DNA of 51,414 nt from NCBI GenBank assembly GCA_050739335.1, contig JBOIBB010000024.1, positions 1-51,414 on the forward strand. The letters are read 5' to 3'. A model generated the notes under the pieces. The model worked only from the letters and a program-made list of their open reading frames with translations, ran no database searches and was not told the DNA's origin. Made by a program: the position numbers and the translations under genes. Source of the DNA: Gammaproteobacteria bacterium (GTDB lineage Bacteria > Pseudomonadota > Gammaproteobacteria > Natronospirales > REEB76). This document shows positions 1-9,208 of the stretch, one piece after another; the first letter of the stretch is position 1, and each line of letters starts with the position of its first letter.

Positions 1-343
1 TGATCCGGTTAACAAATTGAGTGGTCGCGCCGAACCGTGTGCAGATCGGGCGTCCGCGCAAGTGTCGAGCGGCACTCGTGCGTTCTGATAAATCATCATT
101 CAGGTTTTCGGTTCGCCAGCCTTGATCCGTACACCGATGGCGACCATCGCCAGGTAATGAAAACGACGGACTTCACAGCACGGTTGCACGGCCCACATCT
201 CGGGCTTGAACATCGTGACTAGGCTGGACTTTTGGCGCTGCCGCCTCGGCTAAGAGCGGTGCAATGCTGGGTTCTGTCCCAGGCATGTTCGATTGGAAGG
301 CGGAGGCGAAGGGTTGGCGCGCATCCCCGCGAAAGCCGCATGA

Positions 344-892
344 TTAACCGCGGTCGGTCCTTTGTTTCCTGATCCGTTGACGATGGTGCCAGCGACTCCG
401 AATCGAAATCTGCCATGCAACACTGAGCGCGATGTAGCCAACGAGCGCTGCTGCGAGTCCAATGATTACGCAGCCGAGCAGCAGCGGTTGCCAAATGCGT
501 CCGGCCTCCTGCAGCAGCCAGCCAAAGGAAAAATGATGGTGGCGGAAGGGCAGGGCGTGGACGCCGAGGATACGCGAGCCGAGTTTGTAGCTGCCGTAGT
601 AGATCGCACCCATGGTGAAGGGGTTGTTGAACCACACGGTGATGAAGGCCAGAGGCAGGTTCAGCCGCCACCATAGTGAGCCCAAGATCGCGTATAGCGT
701 ATGTCCTGGGACCGGCATGCAACAAATGAAAAGCCCCATGGCTAGCGCCCCTTGGGTGCTGCGGCGGTTCGCGCGCCACAACGACGGCTCGTAGATCAGT
801 TCCTTGAACGGGCGCAGGTACCACTTGCCGCTGAGTCTGCGCCGCAGTGTCTGCGGGTCCGGCATCCAGCGGCTGAGGAAACTGCGCGGCAT
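344..892 (-). CDS. DUF2062-family inner-membrane protein
   Basis: 182-aa ORF with a basic N-terminus followed by hydrophobic segments (…GLFICCMPVPGH…, …VWFNNPFTMGAIYYGSY…) typical of DUF2062. It sits divergent to comEC, a common arrangement. Confidence 0.7.
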   Translation of the reverse strand: MPRSFLSRWMPDPQTLRRRLSGKWYLRPFKELIYEPSLWRANRRSTQGALAMGLFICCMPVPGHTLYAILGSLWWRLNLPLAFITVWFNNPFTMGAIYYGSYKLGSRILGVHALPFRHHHFSFGWLLQEAGRIWQPLLLGCVIIGLAAALVGYIALSVAWQISIRSRWHHRQRIRKQRTDRG

Positions 893-989
893 AGGCCCTC
901 GGGATTGAAAATCTGGCTGTATGGTTTGCCATCGCCGTGGATTGGGCTTATAAACCGGAGCAGGGTGGCGCGTTGCAGATCGGGCTCCG

Positions 990-3320
990 GTGCCGACGGG
1001 CCATTATTCCATGCCTCGGGGCAAGGATGAAATCATGGCAATCGCAGGGATCGCGATGTTGGCCGGGGTACTGGCGGTGCTGGCGCTGCCGGTTTTGCCA
1101 AGCGGGCATCTTTGGCTTGCCGCTCCCTTGCTGGTCGCAGCACCGTTTGCATGGTGGCAGCCCACGCGTTTCATGTGGTTCGCCGCCGCCGGGTTTGTGT
1201 GGTGCGGCTTTTGTGCGCAGCAGCAGCTAACGCATCGGCTTGCACCGGCTCTGGAAGGTGGCACGCTTGCCCTCGATGGCTGGGTAGCCTCGATCCCCCA
1301 AGTACATCCCGAGTACACGAGCTTTGAATTTGCAGTCGAGACTCTCGCTGGCAAGCCGCCCGGCGCAGGAGTTCCACGCCGAGTGCGCCTCACTTGGACC
1401 GATGCTGTACTGATGCCGCAGCCGGGCGAGCATTGGCACCTCGCGGTGCGGCTCAAGCAGCCGCGCGGCAGTAGGAGCCCGGGCGCTTTCGATTACGAGG
1501 GTTGGCTGTTCCGCCACGCCATCGGTGCTACCGGTTACGCGCTCGTTGGGCAGTCGCAGAGGATCGCTGGCGGTGCGCGCTTCCCACTGCTGCAGGCGCG
1601 TTCCGAGATCATGCGACGAATTCAAAGAGCCTTGCCCGAGAACCGCTACGCCGGTATCTCTGTGGCACTCGCGGTTGGCGATCGCGGTGGCATTGGCCGG
1701 GAGCAATGGGACGTATTCCGCAAAACTGGCACTGCGCATCTTGTGGCGATTTCCGGCCTGCACATAGGCTTGGCCGCAGGTCTGGTGTTTTGGCTGGTAG
1801 GTTTGGCGTGGCGGCGGAGCGCGTGGTTGTGCGCGCGGGTGCCGGTACCGATTGTTGGCGCCGCGCTGGCGCTGTTGGCTGCTGGCGGCTACGCAGCACT
1901 CGCGGGATTTTCGGTGCCCACTCTGCGCGCACTTATCCAACTGGCCGCGATTGCTGGCGCCACCCTGTTGCGCCGGCACGCACGCGTCTGGGACATGCTG
2001 GGTCTCGCGCTCCTTGGTGTCCTGCTGCTCGATCCGCTGTCCGCGGGTGAGCCGGGGTTCTGGTTGTCGTTTGGCGCGGTCGCGGTGATTTTCTACGTAT
2101 TCAGCGGGCGCGTGCATCTCGGCCGCGGGCGTGTCATGCAATTGCTGCGCACACAATGGGCTGTGGGGATCGGACTGTTGCCGATGTTGGTATGGTTCTT
2201 TCAGCGCGCCACGTTGGTGTCGCCCCTCGCCAATATTGTGGCCGTCCCGCTTTACAGTTTGTTGGTAGTGCCGCTGGTATTGGTGGGTGTGGTGTTTCTT
2301 GGAGTGTGGCCATGGCTCGGCGCGCTGCTCCTCAAGGCCGGAACTGCACTCATTGGGTTGGCATGGCCGCTGCTGTCGCGTCTTGCAGAGTTGCCCGCGG
2401 CCAGTCTGCCCACACCGGCACCAAGCTGGTGGGCGCTCGGCGTTGCGGTGCTTGGTGCGTTCTGGTTGATGGTTCCGCGCGCCGTGCCGGCGCGCTGGCT
2501 GGGGCTTGTCTTGTGGCTGCCGTTGTTCTTTGTGCGTCCCTTAGCGATTCCACCGGGCGGTTTCAATTTCGCCCTGCTCGACGTGGGGCAGGGGCTTTCC
2601 ACGGTGGTGCGCACTGCCAGCCACACGCTTATATACGACACCGGCCCGGGGTTTTCGGAATCCGATACTGGGCAGAGGGTGGTGATGCCCTGGCTGCAGA
2701 GCCGCGGACTGGGTGCGCCTGATTTGATCATTGTGAGCCACGGTGACAACGACCATGCGGGTGGCTTGCGCAGCCTGCACGAACGCTGGCCGCAGGTGCT
2801 GGTATTGAGTGGTGAACCAGAGCGCGTGATTGGAACGCAGCGTTGCGCGCGGGGGCAGCATTGGGAGTGGGATGGCGTGAGTTTCGAAATACTGGCGCCG
2901 GATCTGGATGGCGACGTTACCGGCAATAACGCATCCTGCGTATTGCAGATTAACGGCGCGGGCGGCAACCTGCTGCTGGTCGGCGATTTAATGCGCGCCG
3001 GCGAGCAGCGCCTGCTGGCGCTCGATGCTGCACGCCTCGGCAGCGATGTGCTGGTGGTACCGCACCACGGTAGCCTCTCATCGTCGAGCCGAGAATTCAT
3101 CGAGGCCGTGGCGCCTCGCTACGCGTTGTTCCCGGTCGGTTACCGCAATCGTTGGAGTTTTCCGAAAGCTGCAACTGTGGATGCGTACCGCAATTCCGGC
3201 GCAAGGCTGTTGGATACGGTCACGTCCGGAACCGTGGAGATGCGCATCTGGCCAGACCACGAGCCCACGGTCATCAGCCGCTGGCGGCAGGATCATGCGC
3301 GATTCTGGACGGCGCGCTGA
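990..3320 (+). CDS. comEC: DNA internalization-related competence protein ComEC/Rec2
   Basis: 776-aa ORF with a multi-TM competence domain and a C-terminal metallo-beta-lactamase fold (VSHGDNDHAGG, VVPHHGS). The start is uncertain; an in-frame ATG at 1035 (MAIAGIAML…) is an alternative. Confidence 0.9.
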   Translation: MPTGHYSMPRGKDEIMAIAGIAMLAGVLAVLALPVLPSGHLWLAAPLLVAAPFAWWQPTRFMWFAAAGFVWCGFCAQQQLTHRLAPALEGGTLALDGWVASIPQVHPEYTSFEFAVETLAGKPPGAGVPRRVRLTWTDAVLMPQPGEHWHLAVRLKQPRGSRSPGAFDYEGWLFRHAIGATGYALVGQSQRIAGGARFPLLQARSEIMRRIQRALPENRYAGISVALAVGDRGGIGREQWDVFRKTGTAHLVAISGLHIGLAAGLVFWLVGLAWRRSAWLCARVPVPIVGAALALLAAGGYAALAGFSVPTLRALIQLAAIAGATLLRRHARVWDMLGLALLGVLLLDPLSAGEPGFWLSFGAVAVIFYVFSGRVHLGRGRVMQLLRTQWAVGIGLLPMLVWFFQRATLVSPLANIVAVPLYSLLVVPLVLVGVVFLGVWPWLGALLLKAGTALIGLAWPLLSRLAELPAASLPTPAPSWWALGVAVLGAFWLMVPRAVPARWLGLVLWLPLFFVRPLAIPPGGFNFALLDVGQGLSTVVRTASHTLIYDTGPGFSESDTGQRVVMPWLQSRGLGAPDLIIVSHGDNDHAGGLRSLHERWPQVLVLSGEPERVIGTQRCARGQHWEWDGVSFEILAPDLDGDVTGNNASCVLQINGAGGNLLLVGDLMRAGEQRLLALDAARLGSDVLVVPHHGSLSSSSREFIEAVAPRYALFPVGYRNRWSFPKAATVDAYRNSGARLLDTVTSGTVEMRIWPDHEPTVISRWRQDHARFWTAR

Positions 3321-3751
3321 CGCAAGGAAGGTGGGTTGCATAACGGACATGTACTCTTGGCTGATCCTGCGCGGAGAATTGGCGCACGTCTTGCAGGCGT
3401 ATGGCGCGAGCGTGTTGCCGACAAAATCATTCGGAAGTGACGCATAAAATCTAGCCGAAGAAGCTCCGGATGAATGCCATTCGCCAGTCCGGAGCGACCA
3501 CTCCCGCGGAGGTAAAGCCTCCATCTTCATTGGGTGGTGGTAGTGGGGGCGCGTTTAGCTGGCTGAGTCGTGATCCGCTTGCGCCGCTTGGCCTGATACG
3601 CAGACCGAAGCAATGAGGGCAAATCATCCGCAGCGTGGGTCCGAGCCCTCAGGGTAGCGAAGGGAACGGCTCGCGCGCCTTGGCCTACAAACGCTGCGTG
3701 CCTGCGGAAATCCAGTATCATGCTTGGGTGTAAAGCGCGGACACAGGTTGC

Positions 3752-4429
3752 ATGTTCGAGATTGCGAAGTCGGGCGGTTGGCTCATGGCGCCGCTGATTC
3801 TGTGTTCCGTAGCCGTGGTGGCCATCGTGGCCGAGCGCCTCTGGACACTGCAGACGCGGCGCGTGGCGCCGCAACATCTGGCGGCGCAGGTCTGGAACTG
3901 GCTCAAGAACGGCGAACTCGACGACGAACGTCTTCAAGCGCTGCGTGCGGGCTCGCCGCTTGGGCAGATCCTCGCTGCCGGCATCGAGCAGCGCCGCGCA
4001 CCGCGCGAGGTCATGAACGAGGCCATCGAAGACACCGGCCGGCACGTGGTGCATGAGCTCGATCGTTATCTGATTACGCTCGGCACCATCGCGACCATTG
4101 CGCCGTTGCTTGGCCTGCTCGGCACCGTGCTCGGCATCATTCACGTGTTCGCCGCGATTTCCTCCGCCGGGCTGGGTAATCCCTCGGTGCTCGCCGGCGG
4201 CATTTCGCAGGCTTTGATTGCCACAGTAACCGGCCTGACAGTTGCGATTCCCGCCTACATCCTCTACCGCTACCTGCGCGGCAAGGTGGATGACCTCGTG
4301 GATCGCATGGAACAGGAAACCATGCGCCTTATGACCGCAGTGCGTGGTGCGCAGACGGGGCTCGACACCGAAGCCGAGGTGGAACCCGCAGCCGCACGGG
4401 CACCCAAGCCGCGCAAGGCGCGCGCATGA
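3752..4429 (+). CDS. exbB: MotA/TolQ/ExbB-family proton-channel protein
   Basis: 225 aa with three TM segments and the conserved C-terminal core LGLLGTVLGII…GGISQALIATVTGL. It overlaps the next gene by 4 nt. Confidence 0.9.
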   Translation: MFEIAKSGGWLMAPLILCSVAVVAIVAERLWTLQTRRVAPQHLAAQVWNWLKNGELDDERLQALRAGSPLGQILAAGIEQRRAPREVMNEAIEDTGRHVVHELDRYLITLGTIATIAPLLGLLGTVLGIIHVFAAISSAGLGNPSVLAGGISQALIATVTGLTVAIPAYILYRYLRGKVDDLVDRMEQETMRLMTAVRGAQTGLDTEAEVEPAAARAPKPRKARA

Positions 4430-4848
4430 AACTGCGCCACAAACAGTGGGACGATCCGGAACTCAACATCATCAACTTTGTGGATGTAATGTTGATGCTG
4501 CTGGTGTTCTTCATGATGACTACACATTTCATTCAGAACACCGGCCTCACGGTGAAACTCCCGACCGCGAGCGTAGCGCCGGTGGCGAACGCGCCTACCG
4601 GAATAACCGTGACCGTGGATTCCGAAGGCCGCTACTACGTGGATCAGAAAGCCGTGGCCGGTACCAGTCCGGAAGCACTGCGTGTCGCTATTCTGGCCGC
4701 GGCCGGGGCGCGTCATGACCTGCCGATCATCTTGCGCGCCGATGCGCGCTCCAGTCACCAGTCGGTGGTCACGGTGATGAATGTAGCCGGTGAGTTGGGA
4801 TTTACGCAACTGCAGATCCTCACCGTGCAGCCGCCGGCGGACCACTGA
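4426..4848 (+). CDS. exbD: ExbD/TolR-family biopolymer transport protein
   Basis: 140 aa with N-terminal INFVDVMLMLLVFFM and a periplasmic domain with the ExbD/TolR pattern. It is translationally coupled to exbB. Confidence 0.9.
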   Translation: MKLRHKQWDDPELNIINFVDVMLMLLVFFMMTTHFIQNTGLTVKLPTASVAPVANAPTGITVTVDSEGRYYVDQKAVAGTSPEALRVAILAAAGARHDLPIILRADARSSHQSVVTVMNVAGELGFTQLQILTVQPPADH

Positions 4849-4849
4849 C

Positions 4850-6613
4850 GTGCACTGGTGGCGGCTCGATCCCGGCGTCGTCGAGATCTACCGCCGCCTG
4901 CTGCGATACGTGATCCCGTTCTGGAAGATCTTTGCGCTAGCGATTCTTGGTCTGGTGGTCTATGCGATCAGCCAGTCGGTGTTTGCGGCGTTGATCAAAC
5001 CGCTGCTCGACAAGAGCTTCGTGCAGCACAACGCCCAGAGCATTCGTTACATTCCGCTAGTGGTCATCGGGCTCTTCGTACTGCGCGGTCTGGCCGGGTT
5101 CCTGTCCACTTACTGCATGGCCTGGGTCGGGCGCAACGTCATCAAGCGCCTGCGCCGCGAGTCCTTCGGCAAGCTGCTCGAGCTGCCCACGCAATATTAC
5201 GACACCAGCTCTTCCGGGATGCTGGTCTCCAAGCTCACCTACAATATCGAGCAGGTGGCCGAAGCCACCACCAATGCTGTCACCGTGGCAATCCGCGACG
5301 GGCTGACGATTCTGGTCCTGTTGGGCTGGATGTTCTATCTGAGTTGGGTGCTGTCGCTCTTCGTGCTGGTCGTGGGGCCCGCCATTGCCTTGCTGGTACG
5401 TCTGGTGAGCGACCGTTTCCGCCGCTACAGCAGCCGCATCCAGGATTCCATGGGTGATGTAACCCGCCTGTCGGAGGAAGTGATTGCCGGGCACCGCGTG
5501 GTCAAACTCTTCGGCGGTATCGATTACGAGGGAAGGCGCTTCGAGAAGGTGAACGAGCACAACCGTGTGCTCAACATGAAGCTCGCCCTGGTCAACGCCG
5601 GCTCGAGCCCGGTGATCCAGTTGATCGCCGGCATCGGCATGGCGCTGGTAATTTACCTAGCCACACTGCCCACGGTGTTGCCAGCGATCTCGGTCGGCAC
5701 TTTTGGTTCTTTTCTAGGAGCGCTTCTGCTGCTGATGGCGCCGCTCAAGCATCTGACCGATATCAACGCGCCCGTGCAAAAGGGTATCGCAGCGGGGCAG
5801 AGCATCTTCGAACTCCTCGATCAAGGTAACGAACCCGCGGGCGGCACGACGACGCTCGCCCGCGCCCGCGGCGAACTCGAGTTCCGCGCGGTGAGCTTTA
5901 GCTATGATCTGCGGAAGGGCCGGGTGTTGAATTCTGTGTCTTTCAGGATTGCTGCGACCCGCACCCTGGCATTGGTCGGCCGTTCCGGCAGCGGCAAGTC
6001 CACGCTCGCGAGCCTGGTGCCGCGCTTCTACGACGTCGGCGAGGGTGCCGTCCTGCTGGACGGGCGTGACATCCGCGACTACCGGCTTGCGGATCTGCGC
6101 GAGCAGATTGCGCTCGTGAACCAGGATGTGGTGCTGTTCAACGACTCGATTCGCAACAACATCGCCTACGGCAGCCTGACGGAACGCAGCGATGCCGAGA
6201 TTTCCGCTGCAGTCGAAGCCGCGTATGCCATGGAGTTCATCCGCCAGTTGCCCCAGGGCTTCGATACGCTCGTGGGCGATCGCGGCGTGCTCTTGTCCGG
6301 CGGGCAACGGCAACGCATCGCAATTGCACGTGCGCTGCTCAAGAACGCACCGCTACTGATACTCGATGAGGCTACCTCGGCGCTCGACAGCGAGTCCGAG
6401 CGCCACATCCAGCTCGCACTCGAACGCTTGATGCACGCGCGCACCACCTTGGTAATCGCACACCGGCTCTCGACAGTGGAGCAGGCTGACTGCATCATCG
6501 TCCTTGATCAAGGACGGGTCATCGAGAGCGGGCGGCACGCGGAACTGCTGGCGCGCAACGGCCACTACGCCGCGCTTTATCACCTGCAGTTTCGCGAGAC
6601 TGCGGTAGCCTGA
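4850..6613 (+). CDS. msbA: Lipid A export ABC transporter permease/ATPase MsbA
   Basis: Six-TM ABC exporter domain plus an NBD with Walker A GRSGSGKST, signature LSGGQRQR and Walker B LLILDEATSALD. I prefer the GTG at 4850, 1 nt after the exbD stop, over the track ATG at 4790, which overlaps exbD. It sits upstream of lpxK as in many gammaproteobacteria. Confidence 0.9.
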   Translation: MHWWRLDPGVVEIYRRLLRYVIPFWKIFALAILGLVVYAISQSVFAALIKPLLDKSFVQHNAQSIRYIPLVVIGLFVLRGLAGFLSTYCMAWVGRNVIKRLRRESFGKLLELPTQYYDTSSSGMLVSKLTYNIEQVAEATTNAVTVAIRDGLTILVLLGWMFYLSWVLSLFVLVVGPAIALLVRLVSDRFRRYSSRIQDSMGDVTRLSEEVIAGHRVVKLFGGIDYEGRRFEKVNEHNRVLNMKLALVNAGSSPVIQLIAGIGMALVIYLATLPTVLPAISVGTFGSFLGALLLLMAPLKHLTDINAPVQKGIAAGQSIFELLDQGNEPAGGTTTLARARGELEFRAVSFSYDLRKGRVLNSVSFRIAATRTLALVGRSGSGKSTLASLVPRFYDVGEGAVLLDGRDIRDYRLADLREQIALVNQDVVLFNDSIRNNIAYGSLTERSDAEISAAVEAAYAMEFIRQLPQGFDTLVGDRGVLLSGGQRQRIAIARALLKNAPLLILDEATSALDSESERHIQLALERLMHARTTLVIAHRLSTVEQADCIIVLDQGRVIESGRHAELLARNGHYAALYHLQFRETAVA

Positions 6614-6626
6614 AATCCGGTCTCGC

Positions 6627-7673
6627 GTGAATTCGCGTCGTTTCCAGAATTGGCTACTGCAGCGCTGGTACGGTACGCGCCCGGTTCCCTGGTTGATTCC
6701 GTTTACCGGGTTGTTCGTACTGCTCGCGGCGCTGCGCCGCGCGGCCTACCGGCTTGGGCTGCTGCGGCGCATCAAGCTTCCGGTGCCGGTCATTGTTGTC
6801 GGCAACATCGCGGTGGGGGGCACCGGCAAGACGCCGTTTGTGATCTGGCTTGCGGGTGCCCTGCAGGCGCGCGGCTATTCCCCGGGAATTGTTACGCGTG
6901 GCTACGGAGGGGCGGTGCAGCACTGGCCGCTCCGGGTCAGTGCCGCAAGTGATCCCGCCATGGTCGGTGACGAGGCTGTGCTGCTCGCACGGCGCACCGG
7001 CTTGCCGGTGGCCGCGAGCCCCGATCGCGTCGCGGCCGCACGCCTGTTGCTGCATGCGGCCGGCGTGGACCTCATCGTGAGCGATGACGGCTTGCAGCAT
7101 TACCGCCTGGGCCGCGACTTGGAGATCATCATGCTCGATGGCGCGCGCGGACTGGGCAACGGCTGGTGCCTGCCAGCGGGACCGCTGCGTGAACCGGCCG
7201 CGCGCCTCGCGCACATTGAGTTGCTGGTCGCGAAGCAAGGTCCGGTCACTGCGCGCAGCCTGCCGAGCACCGCGCTTGCCATGCAGTTGGCCCCCGAAGG
7301 CGTGGTGAATCTCGCGAGCGGCGCGCGCGTGCCGCTCGGCAAGTTTGCCGGGCAGCGGGTGCACGCGGTGGCGGGCATCGGCAATCCGCAACAGTTCTTC
7401 GCGATGCTGCGTACCCACGGTTTGCAGCTCGTGGAGCACGCCTGGCCTGACCATGCGCGGTTCGTGCCTGCAGATTTCGCCTTCGCCGAGCACCTGCCCG
7501 TGTTGATGACGGAGAAAGACGCCATAAAATGTGGGCAGTTCAAGCAAACGAATCTCTGGTATGTAGTGGCGAGTGCCGAGTTTAGCGCGGCGGATACGCG
7601 TACCATCTTGGAGCGCGTCAGTGTCTGCATGCCGGCCGCCGGTAGTGCGGCCGGAACCGGGAAACCGGGCTGA
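6627..7673 (+). CDS. lpxK: Tetraacyldisaccharide 4'-kinase LpxK
   Basis: 348 aa with a GTG start, the P-loop [13 protein letters not shown] and DDGLQH. It follows the msbA-lpxK-kdsB synteny. Confidence 0.9.
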   Translation: MNSRRFQNWLLQRWYGTRPVPWLIPFTGLFVLLAALRRAAYRLGLLRRIKLPVPVIVVGNIAVGGTGKTPFVIWLAGALQARGYSPGIVTRGYGGAVQHWPLRVSAASDPAMVGDEAVLLARRTGLPVAASPDRVAAARLLLHAAGVDLIVSDDGLQHYRLGRDLEIIMLDGARGLGNGWCLPAGPLREPAARLAHIELLVAKQGPVTARSLPSTALAMQLAPEGVVNLASGARVPLGKFAGQRVHAVAGIGNPQQFFAMLRTHGLQLVEHAWPDHARFVPADFAFAEHLPVLMTEKDAIKCGQFKQTNLWYVVASAEFSAADTRTILERVSVCMPAAGSAAGTGKPG

Positions 7674-7689
7674 TTGGAGGAGAGGACCG

Positions 7690-7869
7690 ATGGATGCCAA
7701 GTTGCTCGAAATTCTGGTGTGCCCGATCTGCAAGGGCCCGCTTGTGTACCGCAAGACCGAGCAGGAACTCGTATGCAAGCCGGATCGCTTGGCCTATCCC
7801 ATCCGCGACGGCATACCCGTGATGCTGGAAGAAGAAGCGCGCGAGCTCGGCGCTGACGAGAAAATCTGA
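7690..7869 (+). CDS. Trm112/UPF0434 (YcaR-like) small zinc-ribbon protein
   Basis: 59 aa starting [20 protein letters not shown]…[17 protein letters not shown]. It occupies the canonical position between lpxK and kdsB. The longer track ORF from 7573 overlaps lpxK and is rejected. Confidence 0.85.
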   Translation: MDAKLLEILVCPICKGPLVYRKTEQELVCKPDRLAYPIRDGIPVMLEEEARELGADEKI

Positions 7870-8637
7870 ATGCGATTCACCGTGGTCATCCCCGCACGCA
7901 TGAGTTCAACGCGCCTGCCGGGCAAACCGCTCGCGGAGCTTCTGGGCAAGCCACTGGTGTTGCACGTCGCCGAGCGTGCGCGCGAAAGCGGCGCCGAGAG
8001 GCTGCTCGTGGCGACCGACGATGAGCGCGTGCGCGCAGCCTGCTCTGCGGCCGGTGTGCCTGCCGAGATCACCGCCGCCACGCTGGTATCGGGTACAGAC
8101 CGCATTGCTGAGATCGCAATGCGCTTCGATTGGAATGAAGACATGATCGTGGTGAATCTGCAGGGCGACGAACCGCTCATGCCGGCGGCCGCGATCCGCC
8201 AGGTGGCCGCGCTGCTCGAGAGCCGGGAAGGCGCCGACTTGGCGACGCTGGCCGCGCCCATCCACGCACTTGACGAGTTTCTCAATCCCAATGTTGTGAA
8301 GTTGGTCATGAACCAGCAGGGCGAAGCCTTGTATTTCAGCCGTGCGCCGATCCCCTGGAACCGGGAAAGCGCGACGGCCGGGCTTGGTTCGCAGCAACGC
8401 TGGCAAGGCGCCTTGCGCCACCTCGGCCTCTACGCCTATCGGGTGGGTGCCCTGCGCCGGCTTGCGGCTGCGCCGCCCTGCGAACTTGAACAACTTGAAA
8501 AACTCGAGCAACTGCGTGCGCTCTGGTTGGGCATGCGTATCGCCGTAGACGTTGCCCGCGAGGCGCCGGGACCCGGGGTGGACACGCCCCAGGATCTGGC
8601 GCGCGTCGCCGACCTGTTGCGAAGCCGAGTAGCGTGA
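7870..8637 (+). CDS. kdsB: 3-deoxy-manno-octulosonate cytidylyltransferase (CMP-KDO synthetase)
   Basis: 255 aa with VIPARMSSTRLPGKPL…GTDRIAE…VNLQGDEPL. The ATG follows the trm112 stop directly. Confidence 0.92.
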   Translation: MRFTVVIPARMSSTRLPGKPLAELLGKPLVLHVAERARESGAERLLVATDDERVRAACSAAGVPAEITAATLVSGTDRIAEIAMRFDWNEDMIVVNLQGDEPLMPAAAIRQVAALLESREGADLATLAAPIHALDEFLNPNVVKLVMNQQGEALYFSRAPIPWNRESATAGLGSQQRWQGALRHLGLYAYRVGALRRLAAAPPCELEQLEKLEQLRALWLGMRIAVDVAREAPGPGVDTPQDLARVADLLRSRVA

Positions 8638-9158
8638 CTGCGGGCGCCGGGGATCCACACCGCAAAATCGGTGTGCTGTTTGTCTGCATGGGCAACATTT
8701 GCCGCTCGCCGATCGCCGAAGGGGTATTCCGCAGTCTGTATCGTGCACGCGCACCGCAGCTCGAGTTGCATATCGATTCAGCCGGTACGCATGACTATCA
8801 CGTCGGGCAGCCGCCCGATGCGCGCGCGATTGCTGCGGCCCGCCGCCGCGGTATCGACATCAGCCGCCACCGCGGACGCCAGGTGTCACGCGACGACTTC
8901 GCCGATTTTGAATACATTCTGGCGATGGACCGGGACAACCTCGCGGGTCTGCGCGCGATCGTGCCGCGCGATTCGCATGCCGAGCTCGACTTGTTGCTCC
9001 GCTATGCGCAGCGTCAGCCCCTCGACGAAGTGCCGGATCCCTACTTCGGTGGCGCTCAAGATTTTGAACAGGTGCTCGATCTGATCGAGCGGGGCGCCGC
9101 AGGGCTACTACAAAAGATTATTGAACGCTACACGGAAGCGTCGCCCGCGACGCGTTGA
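8634..9158 (+). CDS. Low-molecular-weight protein-tyrosine phosphatase
   Basis: Carries the CX5R(S) active site VLFVCMGNICRSPIAEGVF and the C-terminal DPY motif (VPDPYFGG). The GTG start overlaps the kdsB stop. Confidence 0.85.
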   Translation: MTAGAGDPHRKIGVLFVCMGNICRSPIAEGVFRSLYRARAPQLELHIDSAGTHDYHVGQPPDARAIAAARRRGIDISRHRGRQVSRDDFADFEYILAMDRDNLAGLRAIVPRDSHAELDLLLRYAQRQPLDEVPDPYFGGAQDFEQVLDLIERGAAGLLQKIIERYTEASPATR

Positions 9159-9208
9159 ACGTACACCGGCGCGGCCGTGCCGTGTAAAGCGCTGCTGCGG
9201 GTGGGGGT

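Noticed and set aside
238-312. tRNA-like look: a 5-bp stem with a 7-nt loop (CTGGG-TTCTGTC-CCCAG), a nearby GTTCGATTGG, and long-range CCGCCT/AGGCGG pairing.
   Set aside because: I can't build a proper D-arm or T-arm, and position 37 of the loop is a pyrimidine. It is more likely a terminator or 3' structure downstream of the DUF2062 gene.
3527-3721. 64-aa basic minus-strand ORF (MILDFRRHAAF…KRRKRITTQPAKRAPTTTTQ) as a small DNA-binding or antitoxin-like protein.
   Set aside because: It has no Shine-Dalgarno sequence and no recognisable fold, and it is the tail of a longer antisense ORF running into exbB.
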